The notes under the pieces were generated by a model, which saw nothing but the letters and a program-made list of their open reading frames with translations, ran no database searches and was not told where the DNA came from. The translations under genes and the position numbers were made by a program. Of a stretch of DNA of 64,000 nt, positions 57,697 to 64,000 are shown piece by piece. The stretch comes from an uncultured Chloroflexia bacterium. GTDB lineage: Bacteria; Chloroflexota; Dehalococcoidia; GIF9; UBA5629. Numbering within the stretch: the first letter of the stretch is position 1; each line of letters starts with the position of its first letter. Location: assembly GCA_963752975.1 (NCBI GenBank), contig CAVWAG010000010.1, positions 101,292 through 165,291 on the forward strand, read 5' to 3'.

Positions 57697-60247
57697 TAAG
57701 TCCTCCTCTTGCTGATACCCCGCCCTTAAATGTCGGCGAAATATATGTGTTTGAATTCACTTCTACTGCTATTATACTTGAATTCTTCGGTAAGTGTATA
57801 TCACTGGTGCCGTATCGGCGGCTTTCTCGGCCCTGTACCAGAGCCCCTGGCCGTCCGTTATGAACTCCACGTTTCCACGGTTGGCGGTAACGAATATATT
57901 GCTGTGTTTCCAGGACGGCGTGAAGCCGGTCCAAAGTCTCTTTGTGGGGATGGCCAAATCTGTTGACGGCGCCGGCCGATATAACGGCCGCCGATGGATT
58001 AACGATTTTGAGGAATTCGTCGGACGTTGATCCCCGGCTGCCGTGGTGGGCTACTTTCAATACACTGCTGTGCAGGTCTGCGCGGTTACCGGCCAGCAGC
58101 ATTTCAGCGTCCGCGCCTATATCGGCTGTAAGCAGGAAACTGACGTTTCTATATGTAAGCTTCATCACGATGGAGTTATTATTGATATCATCGGATGTTC
58201 CGGTCAATAGTGCGGATGGTGGATTGAGTACTTCCAGCCTGATATCTCTACCCAGGTTAAAATGCCGGCCGTCATGCAGTGTGTACAACCGGACATGACG
58301 TGATGTTCAGAGCATTAATTATTTCGGTTGGCAGCAGCGCCTTGCTGGATGAAGGAGGAAGTCCAGCGGAGTTTATGTCATATTTTTGCAGCAGGTCAAG
58401 CGTACCTGAAATGTGGTCGGATTGAAGCTGGGTAAGTATGAGCAACTCGATTTTTCTATCCCAGAAGGGGAGGGTTTTACCCATTTGTGTGCTCGCGGAT
58501 GTGGGGTCGGGTCCGTTGTCGACCAGGATATTTTGTCCGTCAGGTGTCCTTATTAATATGGCCTCACCCTGGCCGACGTCGAAAACGGTCACGTGGAGGT
58601 TGCCGTCCGGCAAGCATGAGCAGGGCTGTCCAGATTAGTATATTGGCGGTCAGCAATATGGCCAGCAGCCAGGGTACAAATGGTCTGAATGTATTGAGCC
58701 GCAGCGATGCAAAATAAACGCGGGCTTTCAGGTAGAGGTTTTTAATAAAACCTGTTACGTCCTGCCGGTAACTCAGGCATAGTAGCAGCCCGCCAAGCAC
58801 CGCGTAGTAGATAAAAGCCTGCCATGGCTGCAGTTGAACATTTTGTATGTACGCTACAGGAATTGAACTGAAAATCTGCACCACCAGCAGAAAGTAGCTC
58901 AGCAATAGCCAGGCCACCCAACCTATTACTATACCGAGCGGCTGCCAGATGACTCCCGCAATTGAGGTTATCATGGAGGTTATCATAATGCCGGGGAAGG
59001 AAGGCATGGCGAATAAGGTTGCCGGCGCGCTGACCAGCGAAAAAGCCTGGAAATTCATGGCTGTTATCGGCCAGGTAGCGACGACCGCGGCTATCGTTGC
59101 CCCGAAGCTTATACCCATGAAGTTTTTCAGGTAGTAGACATATTTGCTGCGCTTGCCCGCCCGGGGCGGACCTGCGGAGGCGGTGAAATATGGTGTTATA
59201 TATACCAGCCCCAGCATCGACAGGAAGCTTAATTGAAAGCTCACATCGCGTAGCACCGCCGGGTCAACGGCCGCCATCACTGCCCCGGCCAACGCCAGGG
59301 CAACAGGGCCGCTGCGCTGGCGCCCCAGCAGTTCAGCCAGCAGAAATACGCTGCCCATTATCGTTGCCCGCACCATGGTAGCCGGCATGCCGGTTAGGAT
59401 GGTATAAAGCCATATCAAGGCCAGGGATATCCATATATACAGCCCGTTTTTCCTGCCCAAGAGCCAAATTGCCGCTGCAAATATCATGCCCAGCACAATG
59501 GTCAGGTTCATGCCCGAGATGGCAATCAGGTGAGTTGTGCCGGTTGCGTAGAATGATTGCAGCAGGGAATCCGGCAGGCTGCCCCTCAGGCCAAGCAGTA
59601 TCGCACAGGCCAGCGAACCCTGCGGTTCCGGCAAGCAGGCCGAAAGGCTTTCGGCCAGGCGCTCACGCAGCCCGTAAATCCAGGCCACGGGTGCAATGCC
59701 CTTGCCGGTATCCATCAATGTTGCGCCGGGGTAGTTGATTACGGAATAGATGCCCTGGTTTGCCAGGAAACCCTTATAATCGAAGCCTTCGTATTGCTCG
59801 AGGAGCCTCCGGCTTTCCGCGCAGCTCGAGCAGGTCGCCGTAATGATATTGCCGGTAAAACGGCACACGTACCAGCGCATTGCCGGTTATATCTGTAACA
59901 TTGCCGGATATGCTTATTTCGGAGGCTGAGAATTTGAATTCCAGCGAAGAGCCCTTGACTTGCGGATAGTCGGCCACTATCCCTGTAATCTTTACGTCAC
60001 TCCGGCCATTGTAAAACTGCAGCATCGTGCCGTCCACCGTATGCAGGCAGGATTGATACCGCAGTGCCCCGCCGGCAAGGGCAAGCAGGCAGACGGCTGC
60101 CATGATAACCGTTTTCCTGTGGCGGTGGATGAAGATGGCAGAAAGGAAAAACGGAACAGGTACAGCCAGCAGCCATACAGGCCAGGCTGATAGCGGGCCC
60201 ATCAAAATACCTATTAAGAATGTGGCGCTGATGTAAAGCAGGGGCAT
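57689..60247 (-). pseudogene. comEC: ComEC/Rec2 DNA-uptake channel (DUF4131 + competence domain + metallo-beta-lactamase domain), split into four frame segments.
   Basis: The ORFs 59774-60247, 58564-59880, 58272-58613 and 57689-58288 carry ComEC N-terminal, membrane, beta-lactamase-N (VFDVGQGEA) and beta-lactamase-C (VAHHGS) segments in alternating frames. Confidence 0.65.
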
Positions 60248-60253
60248 GAGGGG

Positions 60254-60818
60254 TTAGTCCTCGACCGTAGCGTAATCTCGCACTTTATCCACCACCGATT
60301 TACCGAAGCCTCCGATTTTGAGCAGGTCGTCCACGCTGCGGAAAGGGCCGTTCTTCGTACGATAATCAACTATCAGCCTGGCCCTGCCCTCGCCAATGCC
60401 TGGCAGCGCCTGCAGCAGCCATGCATCGGCACGGTTCAGGTCGACCTTCTGGGGCCGGGCAGACTCGCCTTTTTCCGGCACATAGACAGACAGGCGGGTT
60501 GTATCCGCGTTATCTGAAATGCCTGCGGCGGATACTCAGGGCGCTGAGAGTATCGCCGGCGCGTGAAGCGTATATGCCGGGACGGGATACCGCCCCGCCG
60601 ATAGTGATATTTACTGCTGCGGCGATGGGGTTGACCTCTTTGAGCTTAATTTCTACGGTCTGCAGGCGCGCCAGGCGGATGGAGAAAAAGATCATACCGG
60701 TGATCAGGCAGACTATTAGAAATACTGCTATAATAAGTGACATTTTCTCACGGATACCCGTCATTTCTTCCTCCTGTCCTGTGTGATTAGGGTGTGCGTA
60801 GTGGTAGGATTTTAACAC
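60254..60818 (-). CDS. comEA: ComEA (transmembrane segment + SLBB + helix-hairpin-helix DNA-binding domain) with an apparent frameshift near 60490.
   Basis: The N-terminal ORF carries the SLBB motif [13 protein letters not shown]. The C-terminal ORF carries the helix-hairpin-helix motifs ([16 protein letters not shown]...GPF). Confidence 0.65.
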
Positions 60819-60820
60819 AA

Positions 60821-61288
60821 ATGGAAAATATCAAGACGATAACAGTAAATAAGAAGGCCTACCATGATTACCATATCGTGGAAAGCTACGAGGCTGGCAT
60901 TGTGCTCAAAGGCTCGGAGATTAAATCTATCCGGATGGGACGGGTGAATATCCGGGATGCCTATGCCCGGGCGGATAGAGGCGAGTTGTGGCTGTATAAT
61001 TCGCATATCTCCGCTTATCAGGCCGGTGGGTTCAATACGCATGAGCCCGACAGGAAGCGCAAGCTCTTGATGCATCGCAAGCCAGATAGCCGAATTAGAC
61101 AGCCTGGCCAACCAGAAAGGTTTGACTCTGGTGCCGCTGAAGATATATATTAAAGATGGTATAGCGAAGCTGGAAATCGGTGTAGGCAGGGGCAAAAGGC
61201 AGTACGATAAACGTGATGTCATTGCCCAGCGTGATACCGCGCGTGAGATAGACCGGGCTATGAAAACAAGGTCCCGGAAAGAACGTTA
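60821..61288 (+). CDS. smpB: SsrA-binding protein SmpB with an apparent frameshift near 61085.
   Basis: Reads [27 protein letters not shown]...[10 protein letters not shown] in frame 0. The C-terminus ([14 protein letters not shown]...GKRQYDKRD) is in the next frame. Confidence 0.7.
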
Positions 61289-61304
61289 ACAACTTAATAT
61301 TTGT

Positions 61305-61651
61305 GGGGGCGCGTGGCTTCGACAGGGAAGAGCCCACAGTACGGCAGGCCGAGGCGCCATCTACCTCGTAAATCAGGTGGCAAAACACAACTGCCAACGA
61401 AGCAGTTCCAGTAGCAGCCTAAAAGGCCGCTCGTCCAACCTTTCCTCGTCCCGGTGGGATTGGATTGGGCGACGAAATGCCGGGGTGCAATAGTCCCTAT
61501 GCTGATAAGGACTGTTTAAGACTGATCAGCTGGCCCGCTTAAACTCCGCCTGCAGAGGCTGAGCGGGCGAGATAAAAGAGCAGACTATGCCTGTAGAAGT
61601 GCTGGCAACTTTTTTCTGGACGGGGAGTTCGACCCTCCCTCGCCTCCACCA
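61305..61651 (+). ncRNA. ssrA: tmRNA (ssrA).
   Basis: Has a tRNA-like 5' end (GGGGGCGCGUGGCUUCGACAGGG) and a 3' end (GGGGAGUUCGACCCUCCCUCGCCUCCACCA) with a T-arm and a CCA tail. The tag reading frame GCC AAC GAA GCA GTT CCA GTA GCA GCC TAA gives ANEAVPVAA. It lies immediately downstream of smpB. Confidence 0.8.
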
Positions 61652-61659
61652 GCAAATTT

Positions 61660-61692
61660 AAAGCTAAAATCTTTCGGATTTTAGCTTTTTTG
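61660..61692 (+). terminator. Rho-independent terminator after ssrA.
   Basis: A 12-bp stem (AAAGCTAAAATC/GATTTTAGCTTT) with a UUCG-type loop is followed by a T-tract. Confidence 0.7.
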
Positions 61693-61871
61693 TATCTAAG
61701 GGGTGGGTTGTCAGACCCACCGTCTCCCCGTCCATTTTCTATAATGTTTGAAAATACATGCCGTTGTTTGTTCGATGGTAAGTAGCCAGCACTTCGTGAC
61801 CCAGCTTATTAAACACTTGACAAGTTCAAATCGATACTATATATTGTGCACAAATATATTGTGCGCAAAGC

Positions 61872-62518
61872 ATGGCTAATATTACCAGTATTACAGGGAT
61901 TATCCTGGCCGGCGGAAAGAGCACCCGAATAGGTGCCAATAAGCCACAGCTGAAAATTGGCAATAGCTATTTGATCGATCGAGTCTTGGGTACGCTTTCC
62001 CAATTCACATCGTCCATCCTTATAGTGACAACCGAAGACCAGATAGGCCTGGCAAAATCCGCCACTTCGAGCGCAAGGAGTGGTGAAGGACATTTATCCG
62101 GGAAAAGGTCCACTGGGCGGCATCTATACCGGCCTCATGCATGCGGAAACCAGTTATAGCCTGGTTGTCGGGTGTGATATGCCCTTCCTGAATGGCGGCT
62201 TGATCAAATATTTGATCGATGGAGCGTCCGGCTTTGCCGCCGTCGTACCAAAAATTGGATGGATGATCCAACCACTGCACGCAATATATTCAAAGAGCTG
62301 CGTGCCATCAATTGAGGCACTTGATCCGGGAAGACCAGTTGCAGATCATCAAACTTTTTAACCTGGTAAACACAAGATACGTTACGGAAAAGGAAATAGA
62401 TCGGTTTGATCCAGACCACCTCAGCTTCCTGAATATCAATACGGAAGGCGACTTGCTGAAGGCCGAGGTATTGATAGGGGGCAAGACCAGCCCAGAGAAT
62501 GTAAAAAAGCGAGCCTGA
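61872..62518 (+). CDS. mobA: Molybdenum cofactor guanylyltransferase MobA, with two apparent frameshifts.
   Basis: Has the N-terminal motif GIILAGGKSTRIG. The central segment (GPLGGIYTGL...GCDMPFL) and the C-terminal segment appear in successive frames (ORFs 61872-62159, 62080-62361, 62312-62518). Confidence 0.65.
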
Positions 62519-62526
62519 TTGAACAA

Positions 62527-63150
62527 ATGCATGCAAATAAAGCTGTCCATCCCGGCGTGACCGTTTGCGGCCACACTTATGACCAATACCTTGATATGGT
62601 CAGGGCCTTCCATAAACATATTGCCCCGGGAGTGGTCATTGGCGGACTAATGGTGGACCTGGCATACCGTAACCTGCCACAAGGAGAATTTTTTGACTCG
62701 ATATCGGAAACCCGTTCCTGCCTGCCGGATGCCATCCAGATACTGACTCCCTGCACCATAGGTAACGGATGGCTGAAGGTCATCGACCTGGGACGGTTTG
62801 CCCTGACGTTATTTGATAAGTACAGCGGCAACGGCGTCAGGGTATATGTGAACAGCCGGAAGCTCGATGACTGGCCCGAGCTTAAAGCTTTCTTCTTCAA
62901 GCTGGTACCCAAGAAGGAACAGGACCCCCAGGCTTTGATGGCCGAGATTTACCTGGCCAATACATCTATCTTCGATACCAAGAAGGTCCAAGTCGATCTG
63001 ACTTGCCTGAAGTCACGCAGCCGCCGTGACGTTGCTATTTGCCCTCTATGCGGAGAGGGTTATCCTTCATGCGATGGAGAAATATGCCTGAGTTGCCGGG
63101 GCAAAGCTCCGTACTCATATTTTAGAGAGCCGGGGTCGAAGGAGGGCTAA
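62527..63150 (+). CDS. FmdE-family protein (formylmethanofuran dehydrogenase subunit E-like, with a C-terminal zinc ribbon).
   Basis: Has an N-terminal CGHTYDQYLDMV..H..APG region and a C-terminal CPLCGE...C..C zinc ribbon. It sits between mobA and a molybdopterin oxidoreductase. Confidence 0.5.
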   Translation: MHANKAVHPGVTVCGHTYDQYLDMVRAFHKHIAPGVVIGGLMVDLAYRNLPQGEFFDSISETRSCLPDAIQILTPCTIGNGWLKVIDLGRFALTLFDKYSGNGVRVYVNSRKLDDWPELKAFFFKLVPKKEQDPQALMAEIYLANTSIFDTKKVQVDLTCLKSRSRRDVAICPLCGEGYPSCDGEICLSCRGKAPYSYFREPGSKEG

Positions 63151-63201
63151 GAAACAGTCATGGACCATTCACGAAATAACTGAAGAGGATGTGAACAGAT
63201 C

Positions 63202-64000
63202 ATGTCATGGAAGAAGACTACCTGCGTAATGTGCGCCGTCCAGTGCGGCCTCGAGGTCGAGGTTGAAGATAACCGAATCGTCAAAGTCCGCCCGGACAAG
63301 GACAGCCCGATCAGCGAAGGGTACGTCTGCCGCAAGGGCATGAAAGTTGCTTATCACCAGCACAATGCCGACCGTGTGCTCTACCCGATGAAGAAGGTTG
63401 GAAGCGAATTCGAACGCATATCCTGGGACCAGGCAATCAGCGAGATTGCCGCGAAGCTCAAGGAGTATACTCCAACAACATGGCCCCCGTTCTTTGGCCT
63501 CCGTGGGAGGTGGGGGTGAATTCAACTTCTATCCGATCCGGTTTCTGGCCGGTTTCGTTCACGCGCTGGGCTCGCGATACCAGTACTCATCCGCCAACCA
63601 GGAGTTTGCCGGCCGGTACTGGGCGCACGGGCTGACAATGGGAAGCCAGATGCTGGATTTGACCCCCGACTATGAGAATACTGAGATGCTGATGGCCGTA
63701 GGCTGGAACGGGATGATGAGCCACCATATACCCCAGGCCCGCAGAGTGTTGACAAGAATCTCAAAAGACCCTGATAAGCTGCTGGTAGTCATCGACCCGC
63801 GGCTTTCAGAAACTGCGAAAATAGCGAATATCCACCTGGCCCTGCGGCCGGGTACCGATGCGCTTCTCTTGAAATCGATGATCGCCATTATCCTGAAGGA
63901 AGGTCTGCATAATCAGGAATATATCAACAAGCATGTGGACGGGTTCAACGAGATATTGCCCTGGTTTGCAGGTTTTGACGTTGCATGCCGCACTCAAGAT
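63202..64000 (+). CDS. Molybdopterin (bis-MGD) oxidoreductase catalytic subunit, 5' part. Frameshifted and truncated by the window end.
   Basis: The N-terminal [4Fe-4S] Mo/W-bisPGD motif CVMCAVQCGLEV...C is present. Downstream conserved molybdopterin-domain sequence continues in other frames (…MAVGWNGMMSHHIPQARRV…LALRPGTDALLLKSMIAIILKEGL…). Confidence 0.6.

Noticed and set aside
61305-64000. A genomic island inserted at the tmRNA 3' end.
   Set aside because: The downstream genes (mobA, fmdE-like, molybdopterin oxidoreductase) are ordinary metabolic genes. There is no integrase and no direct repeat of the ssrA 3' end within the window.

Overview
This is a 64-kb chromosomal window from an anaerobic bacterium. 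GC content is about 55-58%, with several AT-rich islets. The gene content is mostly anaerobic redox and carbon metabolism.

**Main content, in order along the window.**
- A glycyl radical enzyme (C-terminal RVSGYSAYF glycine loop) is truncated at the window start.
- A ccsA-like cytochrome c biogenesis gene follows.
- An AT-rich islet carries a leaderless NYN-domain gene behind a perfect sigma-70 promoter.
- Next is a roughly 2.9-kb gamma-class N6-adenine methyltransferase gene with a TaqI_C-like specificity domain. It resembles a type IIG restriction-modification enzyme and is broken into four reading-frame pieces.
- A complete dsrMKJOP-type (Hme-type) membrane redox complex operon lies on the minus strand. 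A duplicated 62-bp structured repeat sits between dsrJ and dsrO.
- A NitT/TauT-family ABC transporter follows.
- A larA-like gene, a pyridine-nucleotide-disulfide oxidoreductase with a CCxxxC active site, a short-chain dehydrogenase, pilT, and a nucleotide-sugar dehydrogenase follow.
- A two-component system (GAF-domain histidine kinase, OmpR-type regulator, and a receiver domain with a P/Q-rich tail) is followed by a zinc-ribbon protein and a protein built from two degenerate Mrr-like repeats.
- A lower-GC cluster that looks like an exopolysaccharide locus comes next. It has a family-2 glycosyltransferase (frameshifted), an epimerase, a secreted double polysaccharide deacetylase, and a TPR protein.
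- A cation-diffusion-facilitator transporter, an anti-sigma kinase, a DUF47 protein, and a xylulokinase–GH3–DUF3604/PHP operon follow.
- A Liv-type binding protein, DUF3795, lemA, and a TPM-domain gene follow.
- An acyl-CoA dehydrogenase, two tandem paralogous Fe-S proteins, a short-chain dehydrogenase, and a porGDAB 2-oxoacid:ferredoxin oxidoreductase operon follow.
- A degraded YgjP/DUF45 gene, an NTP-transferase, gerW-DUF2953, and a second NYN gene follow.
- comEA-comEC, smpB, tmRNA (ssrA), mobA, an fmdE-like gene, and the start of a molybdopterin oxidoreductase close the window.

**Striking features.**
- Apparent frameshifts are clustered, often in compensating pairs, in otherwise well-conserved genes. 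They concentrate at 54-64 kb and 4.4-7.3 kb.
- A candidate uncharacterised signalling-output module (receiver/PQ-rich protein, zinc ribbon, tandem Mrr-like fold) lies downstream of the two-component system.

No CRISPR array, integrase or transposase was seen.
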